Assembly: GCA_038214135.1 (NCBI GenBank)
Contig: JBBQSD010000016.1
Location: 460 to 64,459, forward strand
Direction of reading: 5' to 3'
Length of the DNA stretch: 64,000 bases
DNA from: Chloroflexales bacterium
GTDB taxonomy: Bacteria > Chloroflexota > Chloroflexia > Chloroflexales > Roseiflexaceae
Positions 47,456-56,374 of the stretch are shown here, piece by piece (the stretch's first letter is position 1; each line of letters starts with the position of its first letter). Below the pieces are notes generated by a model. The model saw only the letters and a list, made by a program, of their open reading frames with translations. It was not told the origin of the DNA and ran no database searches. Both the position numbers and the translations under genes were made by a program.

Positions 47456-49330
47456 ATGAGTGGGGCTATGAACCAAACCAAACAACCGCCGCTCGCAGGA
47501 CGGCCGCGACGCCGTAGCTGGCTCGACATTCTGCTTCTTCAGCCATTGAGTACCAGTCCTCAGGTCGCACTCGTGCTCACCCGCCGAGGCCGCGTCTTCA
47601 GTATCATTCCCGCCGGAAGTACACGCGTCATTTCGGATTATTTCGATTGGCCGTGTGAGATTATCGAAGTCGATGCACGCGAGCGGCAACTTGCGCTTCA
47701 TCTGCCGCTTGAGTCGCGCGATAGCGGGCGCTGTTTCCAGGCATCGATTCAGATTGTCTATTCCGTTGTGCGGCCCGAACGGGTGGCGCTCGAAATCGAT
47801 GATGCACTTGGCGAACTAGAACGAACAATTACCGCAGCAGCTCAGATTACAGCTCGCTCATTGACGATCGATCACCCTGCTACCCTGAAAGAGTCCATTC
47901 TCGAACTACTGCAACGCGGTGGTTCATTGGCGATCCGCATTGCATCCCTGGGCTTGGCATTACGTCGAGCCGATATCACGGTTGATATTGGCGCTGCTGA
48001 TCGCGAGTTTGCAGAACGGCTCTACGAACTGCAACGCGAGCGATCGTTTGCGTGCCGAATTCTGGCAGAAAGCCTCGATCCACGGATCAGCTTTGAGGTT
48101 CAGGTTGCTAGCTCGTATCGCTACCGATCACGGGTCATGCTCAATAGCGGCGTGGATGATGCAGAATTCACGATCCGCGAGATCGTTGCGAAATCCATGC
48201 GCAGGGTTAGTATTGAATATGCGCCACACGAATATCGGGAGGCAGCCCATGCAATGACGGAAGCACTGCGCAGCAACCCGATCCTAAATGCCGAGCTTGC
48301 TGCTGCTGAACTTGAACTCATACGGCCGGTTGTGGATATTCATCCAGCCCGCCCGATGCTTACAGCAGTAATGCAAGCACGCCTCCTGCCTACACCAGCC
48401 TATGCCGATGATGATCCATTTGAGCGGATGTTGCCAACAATCACAACAGCCACAACTGCCCCACAACTGCCAATCATCACACCACCACCTGCTATTGCCG
48501 CTGCACCCACGCCAATACACGCTGTTACTTCAGATGAGTTCATGCGCACAGCCCCAACAGCCAGCGTAAACCATGAGCCTACCCAGGATCTATGGAACGA
48601 TGACGAAAGCGATTCGCGCCAACCGGATGTTGCCCAACTCGAACAACCTGCTCAACCCGTGATCAACCAACTCGATGAAACCGATACAAGCGGATGGCGT
48701 GTCGATACACAGCTCTTTGGATCTGCGCCAACAACACAACCAGAACCACTGCTTCCGAGCTGGTTACAGGGATGGAGTGCCGTTCAGCGTGAGTTCGCTC
48801 ATGATGACGTAGAAGAAATGGCAGAAGAAGGAATGGCAGAGGAAGCACCAGAAGAAATGCCAGAAGAGCAAGCGGATTGGTTCGAGGAAGAAACGATTGC
48901 GTCGAATCAGGCCATCCCGAATATGCAACCAATTGCACCAGTAGAGGCTCCATCGGCAGCATTCGTAGCAAGTGTTCCAGCACCAGCAGCGCCTATTCTT
49001 TCATCGGCGGCGCAGGATATTGCGGCGCAGATCTCACGCTGGCTGCACCTGCTCCGTTCGGATGGGGACGAGGAATTCGAGCGGCTGGCGCTTGTCATTA
49101 TGGAACAACCTGATCGATTGCCTGCTGTGCTCAATGGGCTTATTCGCGATCCGGCAATCCTGCGTGGCGCGAACAACCCCCCCTACCAGCGTTGCCTGGC
49201 CGATGAACTATCGAATTATATTCAACTACCAAGCCCGCCGGCATGGTTAGCGGAAGCACCAACCGAGATGAGCGATATATCGAGCCATACCGATCAACAA
49301 ACCCTCCCCGAATGGCTACGAGTCCGATAG
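47456..49330 (+). CDS. hypothetical protein, N-terminal SPFH/band-7-like region(s), acidic disordered C-terminal half
   Basis: Residues ~60-190 show an SPFH-like pattern (IQIVYSVVRPERVALEIDD...LGLALRRADITVDI). The acidic tract is EEMAEEGMAEEAPEEMPEEQ. The function call is weak. Confidence 0.4.
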   Translation: MSGAMNQTKQPPLAGRPRRRSWLDILLLQPLSTSPQVALVLTRRGRVFSIIPAGSTRVISDYFDWPCEIIEVDARERQLALHLPLESRDSGRCFQASIQIVYSVVRPERVALEIDDALGELERTITAAAQITARSLTIDHPATLKESILELLQRGGSLAIRIASLGLALRRADITVDIGAADREFAERLYELQRERSFACRILAESLDPRISFEVQVASSYRYRSRVMLNSGVDDAEFTIREIVAKSMRRVSIEYAPHEYREAAHAMTEALRSNPILNAELAAAELELIRPVVDIHPARPMLTAVMQARLLPTPAYADDDPFERMLPTITTATTAPQLPIITPPPAIAAAPTPIHAVTSDEFMRTAPTASVNHEPTQDLWNDDESDSRQPDVAQLEQPAQPVINQLDETDTSGWRVDTQLFGSAPTTQPEPLLPSWLQGWSAVQREFAHDDVEEMAEEGMAEEAPEEMPEEQADWFEEETIASNQAIPNMQPIAPVEAPSAAFVASVPAPAAPILSSAAQDIAAQISRWLHLLRSDGDEEFERLALVIMEQPDRLPAVLNGLIRDPAILRGANNPPYQRCLADELSNYIQLPSPPAWLAEAPTEMSDISSHTDQQTLPEWLRVR

Positions 49331-49351
49331 GATGATGGGAGAATAATTCTG

Positions 49352-49711
49352 ATGGAGCTTCTGACAACACTTCTGGCAATTCTGGATGAACCATCGACCA
49401 CACCGCTGTCGATTCTTTTCATCATTGTCATTCTCGAAACAGAACGTAATTGGGTGCGCGCCCGGCGGCGGCGTGGGTTTCGCTATAGCCCACTCTCGCA
49501 TATGTTCGATGCGCTGATTGTGTTGCTAGGGTTGATAGCGACTGCGGCGATTGTGCGTGGCGCCCTCGCCGCAACCATGATCTCATTCATGGCGATTCTG
49601 GCACCATTCGCATGGGCAATTGGCCTCGTCCTCATCCTTGCAATTGGGATCTCTCTCATCCGCCGATTTGGCCCCACGCCCGAACAATCATCGACGACGA
49701 ACAACGGGTAG
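49352..49711 (+). CDS. small integral membrane protein
   Basis: 119 aa with 3-4 hydrophobic segments. GGGAG lies upstream. It starts 21 nt after the preceding gene. Confidence 0.6.
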   Translation: MELLTTLLAILDEPSTTPLSILFIIVILETERNWVRARRRRGFRYSPLSHMFDALIVLLGLIATAAIVRGALAATMISFMAILAPFAWAIGLVLILAIGISLIRRFGPTPEQSSTTNNG

Positions 49712-49747
49712 GGGTACATTGCGATGCCCCGGATACAATGACTGTAC

Positions 49748-49870
49748 GGGCGGTTCGTGAACCGCCCGTATTGCCCCATGATGGGCGGTTCGCGAACCGC
49801 CCGTATTGCCCTGATGGGCGGTTCGCGAACCGCCCGTATTGCCCCATGATGGGCGGTTCGCGAACCGCCC
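49748..49870. repeat. four-copy array of the 20-bp palindrome GGGCGGTTCG(C/T)GAACCGCCC
   Basis: Copies at 49748, 49783, 49816 and 49851. The spacers are 13-15 bp and near-identical (GTATTGCCC(CA)TGAT), so this is tandem duplication of a 33-35-bp unit. Confidence 0.9.
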
Positions 49871-49972
49871 CTACTACCATCCATTACCACCCCAAACCCT
49901 CGCCCTTCGACGATGGCATGGTATACTCTCATAAATGATTCTATTTGCCATGGGAGAATTACCAGCCATACC

Positions 49973-50956
49973 ATGCCAGAAAACCCCTTTACAGAACGTG
50001 GGCGCATCACCAATTCAGAACGATTTATTGGCCGTTGGGGTGAATTATCGCTGCTCTTCGACCGAATCGAATCCCGAAGGCCGGTTCTGATCCATGGTGT
50101 GGCCGGAATCGGTAAATCATCGTTGATCACCCATGTTGTGCAATCGGCTGCCCTGAATCTCGAACGCCCCGATCTGCGGGCATTCTATCTTGATCTGCGC
50201 GGAGCAACCGGAACAGCGCAGATCTATAACACATTGATCAATGCACTTGGCCAGCGTGGCGATACAAATGCAGCATTTGAGGTTGCCCTGGCAACCTTCG
50301 ATCGACCAGTGCTAATCTGCCTCGATCATGCCCATACAATCCTCAAAACCGATTGGGGCGATGGGCTACTGGAAGCACTGGCGCGGATGGTGCGTAGCGG
50401 TGCGATCATGCTGGTTGTCGCATTAACCGGTGATCCACCACTGTTGAGCGAGCGCTTCGCCATGATCGGATTGGGGGCATTCGCACCAACCGAAGTTCGG
50501 CTGCTCACAGAAACCTACCTAGAAGAGACGGATGTCACCTTTACACCACGCGAGCTCGATCAACTAGCAACCCTCAGTGCTGGGCATCCGGCCTATCTGC
50601 AACGCGCCGCCTTTCATCTCTTTCGGGCAAAACTAGATCCACAGGTGCATTGGCGCAGCGAATACCTGGCCGAGGCCCATGATCAACCAATTCCTGGTGC
50701 GCCATTACCACCAGCTGTATTCACAGGCAATGATGATGGCAATGGGTTTCGCGCACAGTACGATAGCGCTGATGGAGAAATCATCCGATCCGGGCCGCCG
50801 CTCCTGGCAGTGCCAGAACCACCAGCCATATTGCTCTATCTACTACCGATCTGTGTAGGCATCCTAATTGCGATTGCGGGGTTTCCAATCATTGGGGTGC
50901 TATTTGCTCTATTGGTGACAGGAGTACTCTGGTTCCGCAATCGTACGCTACGCTGA
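49973..50956 (+). CDS. membrane-anchored P-loop NTPase (AAA/STAND-like ATPase)
   Basis: Walker A HGVAGIGKSS, Walker B-like VLICLDHAH, SAGHPAYL, and a C-terminal TM pair. I set the start to ATG 49973 (MPENPFTERG). Confidence 0.65.
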   Translation: MPENPFTERGRITNSERFIGRWGELSLLFDRIESRRPVLIHGVAGIGKSSLITHVVQSAALNLERPDLRAFYLDLRGATGTAQIYNTLINALGQRGDTNAAFEVALATFDRPVLICLDHAHTILKTDWGDGLLEALARMVRSGAIMLVVALTGDPPLLSERFAMIGLGAFAPTEVRLLTETYLEETDVTFTPRELDQLATLSAGHPAYLQRAAFHLFRAKLDPQVHWRSEYLAEAHDQPIPGAPLPPAVFTGNDDGNGFRAQYDSADGEIIRSGPPLLAVPEPPAILLYLLPICVGILIAIAGFPIIGVLFALLVTGVLWFRNRTLR

Positions 50957-51062
50957 CTGCAAATAGTGGCACTAACTCCGTTATGCTATACTACAGATCC
51001 AGAAAAACATATAGCGATACGCCAGCATTATACCTGCCGAAGAGCTACATGGAGGGGCACAC

Positions 51063-53348
51063 ATGCTCCCATTAAATACAACGCTTCAAGGGCGCTATCA
51101 GATCGTTGCCCAGATTGGCCGCGGTGGTATGGGTGCGGTCTATAAAGCGATCGATACCCGCCTGCGCAACACAGTCGCACTCAAGCAGACACTGATCGAG
51201 GGTGAGATTGCCAGGCGTGCGTTCGAGCGCGAGGCTCAATTGCTGGCAGGTATGCGCCACCCTGCCCTGCCCAAGGTCAGTGATCATTTCACCGATGAAC
51301 TTGGCCAGTTTCTGGTGATGGAGTTTATCAGTGGCGAGGATCTTGGCACAATGTTGCTCCAGCGTGGCGAGCCATTCGCCGTTGCGGAAGTTCTGAGCTG
51401 GGGTGATCGGCTGCTTGACGCACTCGAATATCTGCACACCCACAACCCACCAATCGTACATCGCGATATTAAACCACAGAATATGAAGCTGACAGATCGC
51501 GGCGAGATTATTCTGCTCGATTTTGGCCTGGCAAAGGGCGCGAGTTCAGCACAATCCACTCGTTCAGCATCAACTGGTAGTATTTTTGGCTACACGCCGC
51601 ATTATGCGCCACTTGAACAGATCCAAGGAACAGGCACCGGCCCGCGCAGCGATCTGTATGCACTTTCTGCCACGCTGTACAATCTGCTGACTGGCTCCCC
51701 GCCACCTGATGCGCTCACCCGTGCAGCAGCGCGGATTAACGATGAACCAGATCCGCTGCAGATGGCCAACCAACTCAACCCGGAAGTGCCACCAGCGGTT
51801 GCAACGGTTCTGTACCAGGCCATGGCCCAGAAGCCGGATCAACGGCCCGAGAGCGCAACTGCCATGCGGCGGATGCTGCGCGATGCAGCCAGTGGCACGA
51901 TGCCGGTCACAATCCGCTTCCCAGAGCCAGCAACGAGCGAGACGATCAGTGCGCGGCCAAGTACGGCTGGGCTGCCAACAATCGGTGGCCAGATTTCAAG
52001 CGGAACAACACTCAACAAGCCGCCAGAACCGCTCACAACCAAACAACTGCCGGCTGCATCACGCCCTGGCTGGATGTTGCCTGCCATTGGTGGTGGGGTG
52101 CTGGCGATTATTCTGGCAGCGCTGTTTGCAACAGGCATATTGGGCGGTGGTGGGTCGGCAGTAGTGCCAACCGCTACCAGGGAAGTATCAACACCTGCTG
52201 TCGTTGCAGCAGCGGTTCCACCAACAGCAGATTTTGAATCAGCCGTTCAGCAGACAGTTATTGCCGTACAGACAGCAACTGTCGCTGGTGCCCAAACGCA
52301 GACAGCGGTTATTCAGGCATATATCGATAGCGCAAACGGAACGCAAACGGCTGTCGCCCAGGCGACGATCGATTCATCCAATAATGTTGAGAAGACGGCA
52401 CTGGCCCAGACGGCAGCGGTGATTGCTCTCACGCCAACCAGCACCATTGAGCCGCCAACCAATACATCTGCGCCGGTTAATACACCTGCACCAACCAACA
52501 CGCCACGCCCAACGGCAACCCGCGATCCAAATGCGCCAACAGCAACGATTCGGCCAACGGCAACACCCAAACCAACCGATGTTCCAGCTCCGCCACCAGG
52601 CGGCAAGGCAGCCATCCTCGCACAGGGCGGCGGGAATGAATTTCGTGGCAGTGCCAGCGTTGGCACAATTGATCCAGCCAATGGCGATGGTGGATCGTGT
52701 ATCCAGGGCAGCGTGACCACAAAGGATGGTGGCTTCTTCAATACCTTCCTAGTCGGTATTGACCAGGGTGGTCGCCTGACCAAAGTCAATTATAACTATG
52801 GCAGCGGTTTTTTTGGCGCGTGTGGCCTGAGTGCCGGAGATTGGGGGATCGTTGTCTATAAAGCGGGCGACAAGGACACCAACCCTGGCGATCAGGGCGC
52901 GCATCAGGTTCGTGTGCGCCTGAGTGGCACCCCCGGCGAAGTCGTGTATGTCAAATTTCGTGCCATTGACTTTGATGTTCCACCTCCACCGCCAACCCCA
53001 TTACCAAGCCCATACGATGGCCAGTGGTCTGGCACAATCTCCGGCAAAACAGCTGGCGACCAGGATTTCAATGGGCGCTTCCGCATGGAGGTTCGGGCAA
53101 ATGCAATCTACCGTATTTCTATCGATGGCCCTTCCTGCCTGTTTGAAACCTACCCAAATGCCAGGATTAACGACAATAATGCATTCGCGACAGCTGGCTC
53201 ACCAACCAACCCGGCAGCAGGCACCGATAATAGCATTCAGTACACCATTACTGGTACGTTCTCGTCTTCTAGCAAAGCTGGCGGTCAAGTCAATGCCAAC
53301 CAGAATGGCGGATCGTGCATTATTGCCAACTGGAACGCAACGAAATAG
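51063..53348 (+). CDS. Hanks-type Ser/Thr protein kinase with TM segment and extracellular domain
   Basis: GRGGMGAVYKA, HRDIKPQN and DFGLAK motifs. TM segment MLPAIGGGVLAIILAALFA, a T/P/A-rich linker, and a ~230-aa C-terminal domain. SD GGAGGGG is present. Confidence 0.9.
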   Translation: MLPLNTTLQGRYQIVAQIGRGGMGAVYKAIDTRLRNTVALKQTLIEGEIARRAFEREAQLLAGMRHPALPKVSDHFTDELGQFLVMEFISGEDLGTMLLQRGEPFAVAEVLSWGDRLLDALEYLHTHNPPIVHRDIKPQNMKLTDRGEIILLDFGLAKGASSAQSTRSASTGSIFGYTPHYAPLEQIQGTGTGPRSDLYALSATLYNLLTGSPPPDALTRAAARINDEPDPLQMANQLNPEVPPAVATVLYQAMAQKPDQRPESATAMRRMLRDAASGTMPVTIRFPEPATSETISARPSTAGLPTIGGQISSGTTLNKPPEPLTTKQLPAASRPGWMLPAIGGGVLAIILAALFATGILGGGGSAVVPTATREVSTPAVVAAAVPPTADFESAVQQTVIAVQTATVAGAQTQTAVIQAYIDSANGTQTAVAQATIDSSNNVEKTALAQTAAVIALTPTSTIEPPTNTSAPVNTPAPTNTPRPTATRDPNAPTATIRPTATPKPTDVPAPPPGGKAAILAQGGGNEFRGSASVGTIDPANGDGGSCIQGSVTTKDGGFFNTFLVGIDQGGRLTKVNYNYGSGFFGACGLSAGDWGIVVYKAGDKDTNPGDQGAHQVRVRLSGTPGEVVYVKFRAIDFDVPPPPPTPLPSPYDGQWSGTISGKTAGDQDFNGRFRMEVRANAIYRISIDGPSCLFETYPNARINDNNAFATAGSPTNPAAGTDNSIQYTITGTFSSSSKAGGQVNANQNGGSCIIANWNATK

Positions 53349-53361
53349 GTGATAGGTCTGC

Positions 53362-54483
53362 ATGCATATCGTCTGGCTGGATGCATTCCATGGCGGTTCA
53401 CACGCCGCGGTGGCCCAAGGGTTCGCCAAGCATAGCCACCATCGTGTAAGTATTGTTGCGCTGCCAATCGATGGTGGCTGGCGCTGGCGCATGCGTGGTG
53501 CTGCAATCACATTCGCACGAATGCTGCGCGAGCACCCAGAATTATGTACTGCTGATCTGATCGTCGCCACCGACATGCTCGACCTTGCGACGTTCCTGGG
53601 GCTGATGCGCGATCTGCTCGCTCACACGCCAGTGGCTGTGTATATGCACGAAAACCAGTTGACCTACCCGCTGCCGCCTGGCCGCAAGCTCGATCTGACC
53701 TTCCCCTGGATCAACTATACATCTGCGCTTGCCGCCGATGCAATCTTCTTTAATTCTGAATTTCATCGCGGTGCCTTTTTGCAGGCCCTACCAGGCTTAC
53801 CAGGCCGATTTCACGATTACCGTGAACACGCGGAGTTGGCGACGATCACGCACAAAACAGAAGTCCTGTACCCTGGATTGGAACTAGGCCCATTTGATCT
53901 CGAAAGCGACGCGCCAGTACGCCAATCTACTGGTATTCCGACGATTCTATGGAACAGCCGTTGGGAGTATGATAAAGCGCCAGAGGCGTTTTTCGCGGCA
54001 TTGCAGCAGTTGGAGCAACGCCAGATCGAGTTTCGGGTGATTGTGGCGGGCGAACATATTGATCCACAGGAGCCGCATTTTGTGGCAGCCCGCGAATGGC
54101 TCGCGCCACGCTGCCTGTGGTGGGGCTATGCACCCGATGCAGCGGCCTATCGGGCATTGCTGCAGCAGGCCGATATTGTTATCAGCACTGCGGTACAGGA
54201 ATTTTTCGGAATTGCCATTCTCGAAGCCATGGCCGCTGGTTGTGTTCCGGTTCTGCCGCGCCGCCTGAGCTACCCTGAGATTATTCCCACCGAACTGCAT
54301 GCGCTATGCCTGTATGATGATCAGGCCAGCCTGGTTGAGCGCTTGATTGCGACCATCCACGATCTGGATCGTATCCGCCAGCACGATATACCTGCCATCG
54401 CATCCCGTTTTCGTTGGGAACAACAGGCTGCTCGCTATGATGCTGCCTTCGAGCGCGTTATTGGCAACTACCGGCATGATTGA
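53362..54483 (+). CDS. DUF3524 domain glycosyltransferase (GTDC1-like, GT4)
   Basis: The MHIVWLDAFHGGSHAAVAQGF...GGWRWRMRGAA N-terminus is typical of DUF3524. The C-terminal GT-B half contains FGIAILEAMAAGCVPV. Confidence 0.75.
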   Translation: MHIVWLDAFHGGSHAAVAQGFAKHSHHRVSIVALPIDGGWRWRMRGAAITFARMLREHPELCTADLIVATDMLDLATFLGLMRDLLAHTPVAVYMHENQLTYPLPPGRKLDLTFPWINYTSALAADAIFFNSEFHRGAFLQALPGLPGRFHDYREHAELATITHKTEVLYPGLELGPFDLESDAPVRQSTGIPTILWNSRWEYDKAPEAFFAALQQLEQRQIEFRVIVAGEHIDPQEPHFVAAREWLAPRCLWWGYAPDAAAYRALLQQADIVISTAVQEFFGIAILEAMAAGCVPVLPRRLSYPEIIPTELHALCLYDDQASLVERLIATIHDLDRIRQHDIPAIASRFRWEQQAARYDAAFERVIGNYRHD

Positions 54484-56344
54484 CGCACCAACAGGACCTC
54501 GGTATAATGCCCGACACTCGATTATCGGGGTTGTAGTGGGAGTTGGGAATGGTCAAATACGCGTGCGACGCTTGATCCATCTCGTTTTCATTCTGTGCTT
54601 GATCAGTTCATCGCTGATCAACCAGCCATACCAAACGCACGCCGCCGATGATGTGGCTCCCGTGCCACTTGGCCTGATGCCATTCGGCGTCAATACGCAT
54701 CTGGCAACTCGCTATACCGATCTTGCAAGCATCGATACGCCAGCCGATCTGGTTGCGAAAGCTGGTGCTGGTTGGGCCAGGGAAGATATTCACTGGTATC
54801 GCATCCAGCCAAGCCCCGATACCTGGGATTGGGAGTTTACCGATGCGGCGATCCGTGCGCTTGTGACGCGCGGGATCAAGGTTGTTGGCGTCATTGGGCA
54901 CCCGCCTGGCTGGGCCACCCCCGATCCATATGATTCACCTGGTAGCTTTTCCTTCTCTGCGCCCGATACTGAACGGTTTGCCGCGTTCGCCCAGGCCGTT
55001 GCTGTGCGTTATAGCCGCTATGTGACGCATTGGGAGATCTGGAACGAACCTGATAATCCGGTCTTCTGGAAACCAACCCCCGATCCAGCCGCCTATACTC
55101 GCCTGCTTGTTCGCACAGCAACCACGATTCGTAGCAGTGTGCCGGATGCGAAGATTATTATTGGTGGGACGAACCCATTCGATACCCACTTTCTGCGTGG
55201 CGTTGCCGAAGCTGGTGGCTGGGCCGCCTTCGATATTCTGGCAATTCACCCCTATATTAACCCGGCCTCACCAGAATCGGGCAATCTGGTTGCTGCTGCC
55301 GATAGTGTGCGGGCGTTGACCCATCAGTATGGGGATCGCCCGATCTGGGTGACAGAAGTTGGCTGGACTAGCCGCCCCGATTCGCGCACACCTGGTGCAA
55401 CCGATGAACAAGCGCAGGCCAATAATCTGGTGCGGGCAACACTCTTGCTCTGGCGATCTGGCGTCGAACAGATCTTCTGGTATACCCTCAAGGATGATCC
55501 CGAAGGCGATACCTATGGCATGTTTGCTCTTGGCAGTGGCCGATCCGATTTCTCGCTGCCAAAACCAGCCTATGCAGCATTCCAAACCCTCAATCGGCAA
55601 CTTAGCGGAGTACAGTATGCAGGAATACGCGATCTCTTTGAACGGACAACTGTGTTGGATTTCGAACAATTCGGCGTGTGGGTTCGTGGCGATCAGAACA
55701 ATGGACGGTTAGGCCCAACTGATGCTATTCAACATAGTGGCCGTGGTGCTGCATTACTCAGTTATCGCTTCCCAACCCGCGAGAACGATTATGTCGTGTT
55801 CCGGCGCGCACCAGCTGCACTCATCCCAGGAACTCCATACGCCATTGGCATGTGGGTATATGGCGATGGTTCAGGCCAATCGCTCAAGATCTGGCTGCGC
55901 GATGTTGAAGGCGAGATTCTGCAATACAACCTCGGCCCAGTTGGGCCAGCCAACTGGCGCTTTATGCAGGCTCCAATCGGTGGGAGTGTGGCATCCTGGG
56001 ATCGGATCACACAAGGCGGCAATGGGCGGCTGGATTTCCCGGCTCGTGTTGAGGGCATTGTGTTGGACGATTCCCCTGATGGTTATATCGGTTCGGGAAT
56101 GATCTACCTGGATGATATTGTCGCTGTGGGTGGGCCAGAAGCATATGATCTGCGGCTCACACGGGGAAGTGAAGCAATCGACGTACTCTGGTCGCCACAA
56201 CCAGTGCTCGTCAGTATTGCCAGCCGCAGCGTGAGCGCAACCATTACCGAGCGCGATGGCCAACAGCGGGCGGTGGCTGTGACAAATGGGCGGATTGTTC
56301 TTTCTATTGGGCCTGGGCTAACCTATGTGCGCCATGTGCGGTAA
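54476..56344 (+). CDS. secreted glycoside hydrolase (TIM barrel, clan GH-A-like)
   Basis: THWEIWNEPDN acid/base motif and WVTEVGW nucleophile-like motif. ATG 54476 overlaps the upstream stop (ATGATTGA). In-frame GTG 54563 would give a cleaner signal peptide (RRLIHLVFILCLISSSL..THA). Confidence 0.7.
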   Translation: MIDAPTGPRYNARHSIIGVVVGVGNGQIRVRRLIHLVFILCLISSSLINQPYQTHAADDVAPVPLGLMPFGVNTHLATRYTDLASIDTPADLVAKAGAGWAREDIHWYRIQPSPDTWDWEFTDAAIRALVTRGIKVVGVIGHPPGWATPDPYDSPGSFSFSAPDTERFAAFAQAVAVRYSRYVTHWEIWNEPDNPVFWKPTPDPAAYTRLLVRTATTIRSSVPDAKIIIGGTNPFDTHFLRGVAEAGGWAAFDILAIHPYINPASPESGNLVAAADSVRALTHQYGDRPIWVTEVGWTSRPDSRTPGATDEQAQANNLVRATLLLWRSGVEQIFWYTLKDDPEGDTYGMFALGSGRSDFSLPKPAYAAFQTLNRQLSGVQYAGIRDLFERTTVLDFEQFGVWVRGDQNNGRLGPTDAIQHSGRGAALLSYRFPTRENDYVVFRRAPAALIPGTPYAIGMWVYGDGSGQSLKIWLRDVEGEILQYNLGPVGPANWRFMQAPIGGSVASWDRITQGGNGRLDFPARVEGIVLDDSPDGYIGSGMIYLDDIVAVGGPEAYDLRLTRGSEAIDVLWSPQPVLVSIASRSVSATITERDGQQRAVAVTNGRIVLSIGPGLTYVRHVR

Positions 56345-56374
56345 CACGAACATAGCCGATAGATCGATAAGGGA

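Noticed and set aside
49748-49870. A regularly spaced four-repeat array that looks superficially like a CRISPR array.
   Set aside because: The repeats are only 20 bp and perfectly palindromic. The spacers are 13-15 bp and nearly identical to each other, so this is tandem duplication of one unit. There are no cas genes or leader. I classed it as a REP-like array.
50967-50992. A sigma-54-like TGGCAC motif and a TATACT box upstream of the kinase gene.
   Set aside because: TGGCAC is not followed by TTGC at the required 5-nt spacing. TATACT has no acceptable -35 at 16-18 nt. I did not report it as a promoter.
54347-54475. ATG 54347 as the start of the glycoside hydrolase.
   Set aside because: It would overlap the DUF3524 gene by 137 nt in another frame. 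ATG 54476 or GTG 54563 give a sensible signal peptide.
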